Virus record (IMG/VR): IMGVR_UViG_3300031994_000013
Coordinates: 103,251-167,250 of that record
Origin: a virus
Lineage: Duplodnaviria; Caudoviricetes
Strand: one strand, 5' to 3'
Length of the DNA stretch: 64,000 nucleotides
Below, piece after piece: positions 20,919 to 31,312 of this stretch. A program made the position numbers and the translations under genes. The notes below the pieces were generated by a model. That model was not told the origin of the DNA. It made no database searches and saw only the letters and a list, made by a program, of their open reading frames with translations. How positions within the stretch are numbered: position 1 is the first letter of the stretch; every line of letters begins with the position of its first letter.

Positions 20919-21784
20919 CAGTAGTTACCCCCTTGCCATGTACTGAGCGTCTGCGCCACCCACGCTGAGCCATTATAAACAAGGAATGCACCTGTCGCCG
21001 GGGAGGATGGAGCTGTTATCGCGCCAACTGATGCGGCGTTTGTAGGAACGGAGACATTTGCGACCCCATTCGTCACAACGCTTACTCCATTAACTTGTAC
21101 ATCATGCGGAAATCCCTCACTAACGCTCGTCTCAATCGCATTCGCCCCACTAATAGTCTCACCCTCATTCTGCAAAACAATAGCTTCATCCGCGGCAATT
21201 GCCGCAGTTGCCTTGTAGAGTTTGCCGTTGGCCGTAAATATGTCACCGACTGCGTAAGCCTTTGACGCGACAAGTGAGTTTTCCGCGGTCGCGATTAGGT
21301 CGGAAACACCAAGCATTTGTTGGATGGCGGATTTTTGTTCATCAGGATAAGTACCAACAGTTGTATTGGCAATATTTTTCATATCTGCACCAGCAACTTT
21401 AGCAAGGCCAAAGAATGTTGCCCTATCTACACACTCTGGCACAATAGGTCTATACAAATCTGTTCCAGCTTTAATTTGAAATTCATAAGCTCTGTTAATG
21501 TTAATATTGCCATTAGTTCCTATAATCAACCCGTCAGAACCGGATGCCGATGTTTTTACAAGCCCAAGACTATTTCCTGATGCAATCGGCACATTCGCCA
21601 CACCATCACTACTTACACTCGTCCCCGCCACTCTAACATCCGTAACCGGCTCCGCCTGCGGCGTAACGTAAATATCATTCTCATCGTATGTAACGGTGAC
21701 ACCATTAACGGTTATGGTGCCATTGACTATAAGTTCGGCGTATTGCGCCTGAGATAAGTAAACTATTTGCTTTGAATTAGGCAT
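20918..21784 (-). CDS. fibre-like protein
   Basis: DVQVNGVSV..GVANV repeats. Confidence 0.65.
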   Translation of the reverse strand: MPNSKQIVYLSQAQYAELIVNGTITVNGVTVTYDENDIYVTPQAEPVTDVRVAGTSVSSDGVANVPIASGNSLGLVKTSASGSDGLIIGTNGNININRAYEFQIKAGTDLYRPIVPECVDRATFFGLAKVAGADMKNIANTTVGTYPDEQKSAIQQMLGVSDLIATAENSLVASKAYAVGDIFTANGKLYKATAAIAADEAIVLQNEGETISGANAIETSVSEGFPHDVQVNGVSVVTNGVANVSVPTNAASVGAITAPSSPATGAFLVYNGSAWVAQTLSTWQGGNY

Positions 21785-21799
21785 TAGGTGTCACCTCCT

Positions 21800-22303
21800 T
21801 TAATCCCAAGCTATCCAATGATAGGGGATATTATATTTAAAATCATAGTCACCTTGCGAGGTGGTAAAATAACGTAATCTTAAAGTTTTAGTAGTTTCAT
21901 TAAAAAGATAAATTCCTCTACCAGAATCATTTAATCCAGTTCTTGCTTGGGGATAACCTGCACCAGTACCATTTCCCCAATTTATTACATAACAGTTTAC
22001 GCCAGATAAAATAGTCCATCCATTAGTTTGATTTAAATTTTCTGCGTCGGCCGGTCTTATATACATTGTAGCAAAAGCCCCAAGTAACGGTTTTTCACTT
22101 TTTGCATCAAGGCAGTTAAGTGAATGAGTAAAAACAATAATTCCTTGTGGTTTTGTTATTGTCGATAATTGTATATCATATTCCCCATTTGCAGTAATAT
22201 TATCTTTAGTGGCTATAAAGGAACCACTTTCTAAATTATTAAAAAAAGATGGTAAAGGCGTATTATTTACTAAACCAACCGCCTTATCTCCCAAATACAT
22301 CAT
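21800..22303 (-). CDS. hypothetical protein
   Basis: 167 aa ORF in fibre cluster. Confidence 0.55.
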   Translation of the reverse strand: MMYLGDKAVGLVNNTPLPSFFNNLESGSFIATKDNITANGEYDIQLSTITKPQGIIVFTHSLNCLDAKSEKPLLGAFATMYIRPADAENLNQTNGWTILSGVNCYVINWGNGTGAGYPQARTGLNDSGRGIYLFNETTKTLRLRYFTTSQGDYDFKYNIPYHWIAWD

Positions 22304-23976
22304 ATCAACCTCACCACCTTTAATCCATCTTGCACGCCAAGCATAGACTTGATGGCGGCCTTAGAAGTTTCTGGATATGTGCCAAGAGTTACTGTTTCAT
22401 TGGCAAGGTCTACGCCTGCGACTTTAGATAGGCCATAAAAGACTGAGGTATGCTGTACAGATGGTGTTATTGCTTTTGAAATAACTGTTCCACGCTTAAC
22501 ATCATTATTTGATATTAACGTAAGTGTCAATGCACCATTTGAAAGTATATCTATACCTAATGCGTTTATTATTTTAACAACGCCAAAATCAAATCCTCCA
22601 GCAACTGGAATATTTGCAACCCCATTCTCTACAATACTTACACTATTTACCTGCACATCATTCACCGGCACTTCAATCGCCGCGATATCGTCTACTGTGG
22701 CTACCTTTGTGCCGCCGCTACTGTCGGCGTTCGCGCCAACATATACATCACCCATGTAATGGCCGTTGCCATCCCAATCGAGGGCGTAGGCATTAGAGCG
22801 GGCAGCATCAGACGCACCATTACCAATAATCCGTGCGTAGTTTATATAATCATCAGCTGTCCATTTTGAAGCGGTAAAAGTTGTATCATTATTGGCAGTT
22901 TTACATATATATCCTTTGACAACAGTTTCATTATTTTCTACTGTTGTAACTTTTACTTTATCTCCTACCGTATAAGAAGTTTCCGATACCCATTCTGGCC
23001 AATTATCATAAGAATCTGCAATGTTATATTTGCCACCAGCATGAGAATCTTTAGCATTAGCTATTGTATTTAATCCTTCAGCGTGACTATGTACTCCATT
23101 AGCATTTGTCTTCCAGCCTTCGCTGTGAGATGACATTCCGTTTGCTTTTGTTGCACAGCCTTCAGCATGAGAACTCATACCCGAAGCAATTGTTTCAAAT
23201 CCAACTGCGTTTATTCCATTTTCTGCATGAGAACACAGACCTGAAGCAATGCTGCCAAAACCTTCGGCATGAGAAACAGGACCACTTGCTTTAGTGCCTT
23301 GCCCTTCTGCATGAGCACTAAAACCGTTTGCAAGAGTACTACTACCTTCAGCATGGGCGCAATCAGAGCTAGCTTCTACTTCATTACCAAAAGCAAAGCT
23401 TCTTTCACCGACTATGCTACCTTCTTTTCTTCCCCTACTCAAAGTAGTCTCAAGCACCGTATCCGCCTTCGTCGCATACCCGCTCAAATCAATAACCTGC
23501 GCGCCAAATCTCTCCCACGCACCATTTGCATAAAGCCACTCTGTATAAGCATTCGATGCGCCCGAATCTTCATTTGGCACCAAGTAAAAAGTGCGCGAAT
23601 CAGGGTTTTGAATTGTTGGCACGCGAGTTGTACTATCATATTCTCCTTGCGCGCAAATATGTAAATCAATTGAAGCACCATTTGTAACTTGGAAGGTGCT
23701 AATTGTATTATCGTCAAAAGTAATTGTATATGTATCTACTAAACCACTTGTGTTCGTCTTTTCTACAGACCGAATCCCAACGCCCTGCGCGCCGCGAATC
23801 GAATTGATTGTGGTAGAAGTTCCGTCTGTAAATGTTATGGTAAGGGTATAATCATTATTTAACTCTACCGATGATATACCCCTACCTGGATTGCCCGAAA
23901 TGCCGATAATATCAATGTAGTTACCGGTATTTGGGTCTTTATATTTCATCGGAGATGAATAGAGTTGAATTGACAT
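22300..23976 (-). CDS. fibre/adhesin with YadA-head-like repeats
   Basis: about 8 S/AHAEG 14-aa repeats. Confidence 0.75.
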   Translation of the reverse strand: MSIQLYSSPMKYKDPNTGNYIDIIGISGNPGRGISSVELNNDYTLTITFTDGTSTTINSIRGAQGVGIRSVEKTNTSGLVDTYTITFDDNTISTFQVTNGASIDLHICAQGEYDSTTRVPTIQNPDSRTFYLVPNEDSGASNAYTEWLYANGAWERFGAQVIDLSGYATKADTVLETTLSRGRKEGSIVGERSFAFGNEVEASSDCAHAEGSSTLANGFSAHAEGQGTKASGPVSHAEGFGSIASGLCSHAENGINAVGFETIASGMSSHAEGCATKANGMSSHSEGWKTNANGVHSHAEGLNTIANAKDSHAGGKYNIADSYDNWPEWVSETSYTVGDKVKVTTVENNETVVKGYICKTANNDTTFTASKWTADDYINYARIIGNGASDAARSNAYALDWDGNGHYMGDVYVGANADSSGGTKVATVDDIAAIEVPVNDVQVNSVSIVENGVANIPVAGGFDFGVVKIINALGIDILSNGALTLTLISNNDVKRGTVISKAITPSVQHTSVFYGLSKVAGVDLANETVTLGTYPETSKAAIKSMLGVQDGLKVVRLI

Positions 23977-24023
23977 GTGTATTCATCCTCCATTTTTGGT
24001 TTTAAATTAAGTAATGATGATTA

Positions 24024-24398
24024 TCATTTGTTCTCACCCTGTTCCTCGCTCGATTCTTCGGGTTCTTCAGGTTCAGGTTCAGGTTGCGGTGCGGGTGTCA
24101 TATCTGGGAACGCGCCGAAAGACTTGCGCTCCACCAGCACGCCGTCTGCGCGGGTCAGGGTAACAGCCCACATCACGCGGTTGTGCGCAAGGGAAATCTG
24201 CTTGACTACATCAGCAAAGTCTGCCTGCGCTACGATGAGCGCAATCTCGGCGTTGCCGTTGGGGTTCTCGGCAGTCGCTTCATAGTCGCGGCTGTCGAAG
24301 GTCTTGGGATAATTGGTGACGTTGCTGTAAACACCTTGAGGGTTGGATTCAGATGTTACCACCTGAGTTGCAGTTACGATGTAGAGTTGTCTGAGCAT
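24024..24398 (-). CDS. small fibre-associated protein
   Basis: 124 aa, PEPEPEE tail. Confidence 0.6.
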   Translation of the reverse strand: MLRQLYIVTATQVVTSESNPQGVYSNVTNYPKTFDSRDYEATAENPNGNAEIALIVAQADFADVVKQISLAHNRVMWAVTLTRADGVLVERKSFGAFPDMTPAPQPEPEPEEPEESSEEQGENK

Positions 24399-24779
24399 GG
24401 TAAACTCCTTTCTAACTGTTCATGTCAATCATAAGAATTACAGTGTCGGTCGGTGCAAGCTGTAAATCGTAAGTTACCGTCCAGTAACTCAAAGAAAAAG
24501 AATTATTGGTTTGAGCAGCTGTGCTGCTATTGGCCCTTGTCCATTGCGAATTATCAAATCCGTAGTACCAAACAGCGCTCAAAAACTGCCGTGCAACCGA
24601 TGGGTATCCGGCACTGAAGTCAGTGTCAAGAATGGCAAAGGCGCGTTTGTGCGTTCCAATATAAGGTTCAAAGAACGCTTTAACTTGACCCGCGTTTGTA
24701 CATTGTGACGCGGGATTTATCGTGAATTTTTTCCAGTTGTTACTTGCCATCTGTGCCATCAGCCCCCTTCTTAAATTCA

Positions 24780-27700
24780 TCAACTCCATGCTCCAGCCAC
24801 CCCCAAACATTTAGTCCCGACCATTTTGATGTTAAGTTCGTACAGCGTGTCGGCTTCCAGCGAAGTGCTGTCAAACCCATTCGCCCATTCCACGGTCATG
24901 CCTGTCGGCGGTGTGACGGTCAGCACGGCGGGCGTACTGCCGCTCGTAAACACCACGTCCACGATGCCGCTTTCTGGAAGCGTGATGTCCAGCGTGACGA
25001 CCTCGCCGCAAACATACTGGATGCCCGAAAGCGCGGTGATGGTCGGGGTCGTGCCGGAGACGGAGACGGGAGCGGAGAGCATTTCGGAGATTTTGGACTT
25101 GGCGGTTTCGGTGTAATTGCCGACCGCGTTGCTGCTTGCGGATTGCGTGGTGTCGCCTGCGGCTTTGGCCATGCCATAGAAGGCAGATGCGTGCTGTTTT
25201 GATGGGGTTATAGCTCTCGCACTCGCCGTACCGGTCTTTACCTCGCCATCAGTTGAAGCAGTAAGTTTAAGAACCCCGGTTGATGAAACGCTTATACCAA
25301 ACAGGCTTGATACCTTCACTACACCGAGACTTGATTCTCCGCCTATCGGCACATTCGCCACCCCATCTTGCAGCACGGAAACGCCGTTAACCTGCACATC
25401 CGTCACGCCGCCAGCCGTCGCATTATCAATATATGTCTTTGTATCAGCTATATATTCATCAATACTCACCGTACCTACATCAGAAGTAAATACATTCACG
25501 CCAGCCAAACTTGTAACATAATGCTTCTGTATTACATAAGTTTCTCTGTCTGCTTCCGCCAGTTCATATACTACAAGTGCGCCTGTAGTTGGGGTGGTTC
25601 CTGGCGCATATTCATCTCTATCACTTATCCATACGCCAGGTAATGTTTCACCATTATAAGACCTAATACACTTATGAGTTTTTGTAAGCGCTGTATTACC
25701 ATCTGTATCTATGGTAAAAATACCACCAAAGAAAGCCTTGTTTTCAACTGTTATAAGGTGGAGGTTTTCATCCATCGACATACTTTCGCCATATACATCT
25801 TTGGCTTCTTCTGGAATATTTAAATACTGACGGTCAGTTTCAATAAGCGATAGATTACTAATGGTAAATTGAACATTCTGCACATCATTTCTAAAGCTTA
25901 TTGGGCTAAATGAAAATACATTACCGCTATAAAGCTGTTGCGCATTTGTATTAAAATCAATAGTATAATGCCCGTTATTTTCATTAATTTTGGTAGCTAT
26001 ACTACTAGTTCCACTAGTAGGCATTGTATTTCCAATATATACGCGTGGTCGATTTGTTTCCGTAGTCCCGCTTATTTCAAGATCGAATTCAAGCCTATAA
26101 TGCTTATCTGCAACTAACTCGGCTCTTGAAATACGATATGCTTCAAGTGACTGGAAAGGAGAAAGAGCAACAAATTTTGCCGCGGTTGTACCAATACCAC
26201 CAGTAAAGGGGTCTGTGCTTAATGCGGTATGATTTTCGCCATTTCCACGCCAAAGATAAACCTCTTGATACCCTGTAATTGTGCGGATATTAGAGGCAGA
26301 TGGTGTTCCGCTACCTGCTTGTGTTGGTTTAAGTTCAATTGTACAAGCAACTGGGCGTCCCTCTACGCCATCAGTGAATGTATTGTTTGAAGTAGCTACA
26401 TGAATTGCTGGTGCATAGTCGATTGCCGCGAGTTCTTCTTTAGTTACAGAACCAAGCATATTGTTTATCGCGGTTTTAGCTTCATCCGTATAACTACCAA
26501 CAGAATTAGAACTTTGACTTTGTGTTGTGTCACCCGCGGCTTTAGCGAGGGCGTAGAAAGCAGATTCGTGTTGATTAAAAGGCACTATGGGAGTGAATTT
26601 TTCATTACCATCTTTTATATAGCCAGAAGATGCTTTGGCAATTCCGATTATGCCATTGCCATCAACCACAATACCATAACGAAAGTCGGGTTTTACAACA
26701 CCAGCTGTATCCTTGCTACCAATCGGCACATTTGCCACTCCATCATTAACAATAGATGTTCCATTTACTTGCACATCCTGTATCGGAACATCAATGGCCG
26801 CGATTGCTTCGTTCATTTCCTGTACCGTTGGCACTGCCTGTACTACGCCCTGATTCGTCGGTATCCATAATTTATTTGTATTCTGCGTTGGCTGGTTAGC
26901 TTGAACTAACACAGTATATTCATCACCATCTTCACCGTTAGTTACAGTAAAGGTAGTAGTAGTATCATTAGTATAGCTAATAGTATAGGTATCAACCAAA
27001 CCGCTTGTGCTGGTTTTTTGAATCCCCGCTATGCTAACTCCTTCAATACCACTCGCACCAGACATATCAACTACAAAAGTATAAGCTTCATTGCCCTTTA
27101 CATAAATTTTAGCATTATCTGGGTCTTCTACGGTAGAAGTAATCATAACAAAATCGCCAATTCTAATATTACTATTATTATAATCGGCGTTCATTTCAGC
27201 AATAGAAGCATAAGTCTTTACTATATGGAAAGAATCGCCTTGCGGTAAGCCTAAAGTCAAAACGCCAGTTTCAGCATCATAAGAAGCAGTTGCGCTCGCG
27301 CCCGCAGGCAAAGTCTGTGCTTCAGTAGTCAAACCAGTAAGTTGTCCCGCGTACTCTTGTGCCTGTGCGGCGCTAGCGGCCGCACTTGTCGCGGCAGCTT
27401 GTGCTTCATTTCTAGATGTATTCGCGGCCGCCTCGCTTTGTGCGGCGGCATTTTTACTAGCGGTGGCGGTCGCAGCACTTCGCTCTGCTGTTAGTGAATT
27501 CATATACGCTTCTCCAGCTTTTGAGCTTGCCGTATTCGCACTAATGCTTGCATTGTTCTCACTTGTTGCCGCGTTTGTTGCCGCAGTTTGTGCCTGCTCT
27601 TTGCTTATATTAGCTTCATTAGCAGATTGCGCGCTTGCTTCTGCCGATTGTCTCGCCGCAATCGCACTTTGTGAAGCATCATCTGCTGACATCTGCGCGC

Positions 27701-28496
27701 TATTCTTTGCAGTAGTCGCCTCAGTAGCACTTCCAGCCGCGTTTGTAGCACTGCTTCCTGCTGCATCTGCACTTCCCTCTGCCGCATTAGCCGCGTTTTC
27801 AGCCCTAATGGCACTTTGCTCTGCTTCCTGAGCCTTGTTGCCAGCAATTGTCGCACTTTGAGCAGCAGCATTAGCACTAGCAAGTGCATCATTTTTAGAA
27901 GCTGCCGCGCTATTCGCACTAGCCGCCGCATCGGTGGCCGATTGTGCCGCGTTTTCTGCCTGCTCTGCCGCACTTCTAGCACTAGCATCTGCTTCATCCG
28001 CACTTGTGGCGGCTTCAGCAGCCTTATTCTGTGCCTCTATTTTAGCATTAGAAGCTTCAGTAATTGCTGCTGTAATAATATCTAGTTGTTCTGGCGTAAG
28101 CTCTCCTTGTGCGGCGTCGGGTGAGATTAATAAATCGTCTCCCGTTTCTCGTATTTCGCATTCTGGTAAGCTATAGCCAGCATAATATGAATCTATTTCT
28201 TCCCCGTTAATAAGCTCTTCATCGGCATATACTGGGTTTTTATAAAATTTAATATCCCATACATAATGTCCAGGAACTAAATTAACGGTCTCATTATGAT
28301 TAAATTCAACCTTTAATTGCGCCCCATCAACCGCAATTCTTTTTTGAAATGCCTTAGTGCGAGTAAGTCTATCAAAAATAGTGAAAACGGCGACATCTGA
28401 AGCAGATGCCGCCGCGATTGCGGGAATAGTAAAAGAGCCAGTGTCTCCACGGGGAATGATTAGTTTCCGCTGTAATAATCTAATCATTCTTTTCAC
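24780..28496 (-). CDS. long tail-fibre-like protein
   Basis: N-term RGDTG baseplate-like domain, Ala/Ser-rich coiled coil, DVQVNG repeats. Confidence 0.75.
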   Translation of the reverse strand: MKRMIRLLQRKLIIPRGDTGSFTIPAIAAASASDVAVFTIFDRLTRTKAFQKRIAVDGAQLKVEFNHNETVNLVPGHYVWDIKFYKNPVYADEELINGEEIDSYYAGYSLPECEIRETGDDLLISPDAAQGELTPEQLDIITAAITEASNAKIEAQNKAAEAATSADEADASARSAAEQAENAAQSATDAAASANSAAASKNDALASANAAAQSATIAGNKAQEAEQSAIRAENAANAAEGSADAAGSSATNAAGSATEATTAKNSAQMSADDASQSAIAARQSAEASAQSANEANISKEQAQTAATNAATSENNASISANTASSKAGEAYMNSLTAERSAATATASKNAAAQSEAAANTSRNEAQAAATSAAASAAQAQEYAGQLTGLTTEAQTLPAGASATASYDAETGVLTLGLPQGDSFHIVKTYASIAEMNADYNNSNIRIGDFVMITSTVEDPDNAKIYVKGNEAYTFVVDMSGASGIEGVSIAGIQKTSTSGLVDTYTISYTNDTTTTFTVTNGEDGDEYTVLVQANQPTQNTNKLWIPTNQGVVQAVPTVQEMNEAIAAIDVPIQDVQVNGTSIVNDGVANVPIGSKDTAGVVKPDFRYGIVVDGNGIIGIAKASSGYIKDGNEKFTPIVPFNQHESAFYALAKAAGDTTQSQSSNSVGSYTDEAKTAINNMLGSVTKEELAAIDYAPAIHVATSNNTFTDGVEGRPVACTIELKPTQAGSGTPSASNIRTITGYQEVYLWRGNGENHTALSTDPFTGGIGTTAAKFVALSPFQSLEAYRISRAELVADKHYRLEFDLEISGTTETNRPRVYIGNTMPTSGTSSIATKINENNGHYTIDFNTNAQQLYSGNVFSFSPISFRNDVQNVQFTISNLSLIETDRQYLNIPEEAKDVYGESMSMDENLHLITVENKAFFGGIFTIDTDGNTALTKTHKCIRSYNGETLPGVWISDRDEYAPGTTPTTGALVVYELAEADRETYVIQKHYVTSLAGVNVFTSDVGTVSIDEYIADTKTYIDNATAGGVTDVQVNGVSVLQDGVANVPIGGESSLGVVKVSSLFGISVSSTGVLKLTASTDGEVKTGTASARAITPSKQHASAFYGMAKAAGDTTQSASSNAVGNYTETAKSKISEMLSAPVSVSGTTPTITALSGIQYVCGEVVTLDITLPESGIVDVVFTSGSTPAVLTVTPPTGMTVEWANGFDSTSLEADTLYELNIKMVGTKCLGVAGAWS

Positions 28497-28501
28497 CTAC
28501 T

Positions 28502-29272
28502 TTAATAATTGTTTCGGCGGTAATACCTTTTATATGTATAATCCTCTTCATCGTCATCTTCATCATCAATCAAATTATAATTTGAATAATTGCCTTCTCC
28601 GCGACGACGGAATTGAGAATCTTTTTCGTTTAATTCACGAATTTTCTTTGCATATTTTTTCTTTAGTGGTTCTTGCTGCTGCAATACATAATTCATATCA
28701 TACCCAGTACTTTCAAGATTCATCATCTTATCTTCAGCTTCACTAATTTCTTTTTCGACATGCTCTATAAGATAATCGAGTTTTTTAGCAGCTTCTCTCT
28801 CATTCATTTGTTCTAATTTTTGTGCCATCTGGGATAGATATTTTTTTGTATCTTGTTCGTAATCTAGCCATTTTTTAAAGCCATCTTTAATAGACTGCCT
28901 TTTAGTGCTTGCATCTACATCATAGCGAGTATGCGTATACCAACCAGTAGGAATAACATTATTGGCATAATTTTTCATTCCATTATTATTATTCATCATA
29001 GAATTATTGCCATTATTATTCCCCATATTGGTAAGGCCGCCATTATTCATATAAGCCGGCTGTACTAGTTGGTTATACTCTTTCATATACATATCTTTTG
29101 CTTTGCGATAAGTAAGTAATTCACAAAGCATCTGATATTCATGACACTTTTGATAGCCAGGTAGATTTAAAAAAGCGTAGTAGTCTGCAAGCTGTTCGTG
29201 CATATCTACGCCTTGCTTCATTCTATTTATTAACTCAGAATAGAGGCTTTGTAATTCTTGATTATTTGCCAT
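28502..29272 (-). CDS. ferritin-like helical protein
   Basis: MHEQLADYY..LPGYQKCHEYQ, WLDYEQDT; Asn-rich insert. Confidence 0.6.
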   Translation of the reverse strand: MANNQELQSLYSELINRMKQGVDMHEQLADYYAFLNLPGYQKCHEYQMLCELLTYRKAKDMYMKEYNQLVQPAYMNNGGLTNMGNNNGNNSMMNNNNGMKNYANNVIPTGWYTHTRYDVDASTKRQSIKDGFKKWLDYEQDTKKYLSQMAQKLEQMNEREAAKKLDYLIEHVEKEISEAEDKMMNLESTGYDMNYVLQQQEPLKKKYAKKIRELNEKDSQFRRRGEGNYSNYNLIDDEDDDEEDYTYKRYYRRNNY

Positions 29273-29287
29273 TACATATTTCCTCCA

Positions 29288-29701
29288 TTAAACTAATTTT
29301 GTAACAATTACATTAATATGTGCGTCAGTCACTTCTTCCGTGCTCGCATTAATGACGCCAATTGTTACAGCAGAAGAAGTCCAATTGCAGGGGCAATCGC
29401 TTTCTTCTACAATCACTAAAGCCTTAAAAGAACCGGTAGATTCACCAGCCGCAGCAACAGCAGAGGTGCTAATTGCTTGAGGGAGCGGAACGCCATTACG
29501 GGTTAATTGAATAGAATAATCACCCGCGGCCGCAAGTGTTCCAAAACCATCTACTTCAACAGAATAAATGCCCCTTTTAGTTAAGGCGACGCCGCCAGCT
29601 CCAGCGGGGATAGCAGTATTACCTTTAAGAAATACTACATTGTTTAAGGGATATGTGCCACCAGCGGCTACAGTCAATCCATCACTATATACTTGAATCA
29701 T
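29288..29701 (-). CDS. beta-sandwich (BclA C-terminal-like) protein
   Basis: GIYSVEV..., ends INVIVTKLV; start after GGAGG RBS (MIQVYS). Confidence 0.55.
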   Translation of the reverse strand: MIQVYSDGLTVAAGGTYPLNNVVFLKGNTAIPAGAGGVALTKRGIYSVEVDGFGTLAAAGDYSIQLTRNGVPLPQAISTSAVAAAGESTGSFKALVIVEESDCPCNWTSSAVTIGVINASTEEVTDAHINVIVTKLV

Positions 29702-29789
29702 TTCTTTTCCTCCATAAAAAAGAAAGGTGGCACACGATAAGTGTGCCACCTATATTAAACTAGACACACTAAATGTGTTCGGTGTTTAA

Positions 29790-30497
29790 TTACATCCCCA
29801 TGCCGCAGCCACAGCCACAGCCACCATTATTGCAAAAAGGATTGTTGCCTGCGTTATAAGTCCAGCCATTTGGATAGCGTACTACGCCAGCAAGCTGACT
29901 TTGAAGTTGTAGTGCCTGTACCTGGTCACGAAGGTCCTGAATGGTGTTGCCAGTCATCATGTCGATAATACGCTGGGTTTGTGCAGTTGTATTAGCATTG
30001 ATAGCAGCGGTATTCATAGCATTGTCATAGCGAGCCTGCGCGATTGCAGCATTTACGCTATTGAAACCGTCACATAGGGCCTGTTTGGTGGAACAACAGC
30101 AGTCATTCTGATTAGCTAGTAATTGCATTTGATTGGCTTTTACATCACCAATCTGAGAAATAATAGTGCTTTGAATATCTTTTGCAACCGCGACACTCTC
30201 ATATTCGGCTTCTTTCGCAGCAGAAACCGCAGAAGCAGTGCCATTAGTAATTGCTGTTAAGATATCTCTGTTCTGATTTTGTAAATCAGAGAAGTTCATA
30301 CCGGCTTGCACAAAATCTTGTGTTGCATACTGAGGACGATAGCCACCGTTGCCAAATCCACCGTTGAAGCCGCCGCCCATAAGTGCAAGGATAGCAAATA
30401 GCCAAATCATGCCGCCCCAGCCGCCACCGAGATTACCATTGTTGTTGCCTGTTAGGAGAGCAACATCAGAAGCAGTTAGTCCATTACTTTCATTCAT
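29790..30497 (-). CDS. Gly-rich membrane-anchored coiled-coil protein with Cys clusters
   Basis: GGGWGGMIWLFAIL, DCCC, CGCGC tail. Confidence 0.7.
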   Translation of the reverse strand: MNESNGLTASDVALLTGNNNGNLGGGWGGMIWLFAILALMGGGFNGGFGNGGYRPQYATQDFVQAGMNFSDLQNQNRDILTAITNGTASAVSAAKEAEYESVAVAKDIQSTIISQIGDVKANQMQLLANQNDCCCSTKQALCDGFNSVNAAIAQARYDNAMNTAAINANTTAQTQRIIDMMTGNTIQDLRDQVQALQLQSQLAGVVRYPNGWTYNAGNNPFCNNGGCGCGCGMGM

Positions 30498-30543
30498 AAG
30501 TAATTACCTCGCCTATTTATATATTTATAAAATGAAGTTACCT

Positions 30544-30822
30544 TCATTTTAATGCGTTAAGAACTGTTTCCGGATTTACATTCATTTGCTTTGCTAAATT
30601 ATAAAAAGCGGTTTGAGGATTCCCGCCATTTTGCTGAATAAAACTCATAGCATTTGCTAATTGTGGATTAGACATCATAAATTGATTTAAAGCCAACTGT
30701 GGATTCGTGGCATATTGCATTTGTTGCATAACGCCTTTAATTTGCTGTATCCACGCTGGGTTCATTATTGGACTGCTGTTGTTGTTTCTTAGATTGTCTA
30801 TTATTGGATTGCTGTTTGCCAT
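30544..30822 (-). CDS. Asn/Gln/Met-rich small protein
   Basis: NPQ repeats; AFYNLAKQ. Confidence 0.6.
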   Translation of the reverse strand: MANSNPIIDNLRNNNSSPIMNPAWIQQIKGVMQQMQYATNPQLALNQFMMSNPQLANAMSFIQQNGGNPQTAFYNLAKQMNVNPETVLNALK

Positions 30823-31147
30823 TACTCAATAATTCCTCCAAATGTTTAACTCGTTGTTCAAGACTATTTACATCTATCTGAGGAGCATTTTTGTGCGGTG
30901 TAACATCATATGGGATTTTAACACTTTTATATCCCGCGCCATCAGTTCGGACCAACCAGATAATGGGTGCGGTTTGGTCAGCTAGTAGAATACTACTATT
31001 TGGCCCCATTGGAAAGGCATCAACCCCATTTTCTCCGCTAACCTGAATAATTTCATATTGAGGATATAAATTCATTCTCATATTGGGGTTCCAATTATTA
31101 GAATTCATATGATTTACAGAAAGATTATCGTTCCATAAATTATTCAT
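30737..31147 (-). CDS. hypothetical protein, first gene of conserved module
   Basis: VSGENG..PNSSILL..PIIWLVRTDGAG. Confidence 0.65.
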   Translation of the reverse strand: MNNLWNDNLSVNHMNSNNWNPNMRMNLYPQYEIIQVSGENGVDAFPMGPNSSILLADQTAPIIWLVRTDGAGYKSVKIPYDVTPHKNAPQIDVNSLEQRVKHLEELLSNGKQQSNNRQSKKQQQQSNNEPSVDTAN

Positions 31148-31312
31148 TTTATCCTTTTTCCTCCCTATTTTTTATGTAAAAACACCAGCTATATTTACTA
31201 GTATTTTGAAAATATTATTTAGCTGATATAAACCATTTTGTATTACGAGATTTTACAATTACGACAGAATAATGCTGACCTGTTCGTATATCAATAACAT
31301 CATATAAAGTTA

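Noticed and set aside
10451-28496. Diversity-generating retroelement or invertible shufflon
   Set aside because: No reverse transcriptase or recombinase seen, and no adenine-specific TR/VR pair or inverted cassettes.
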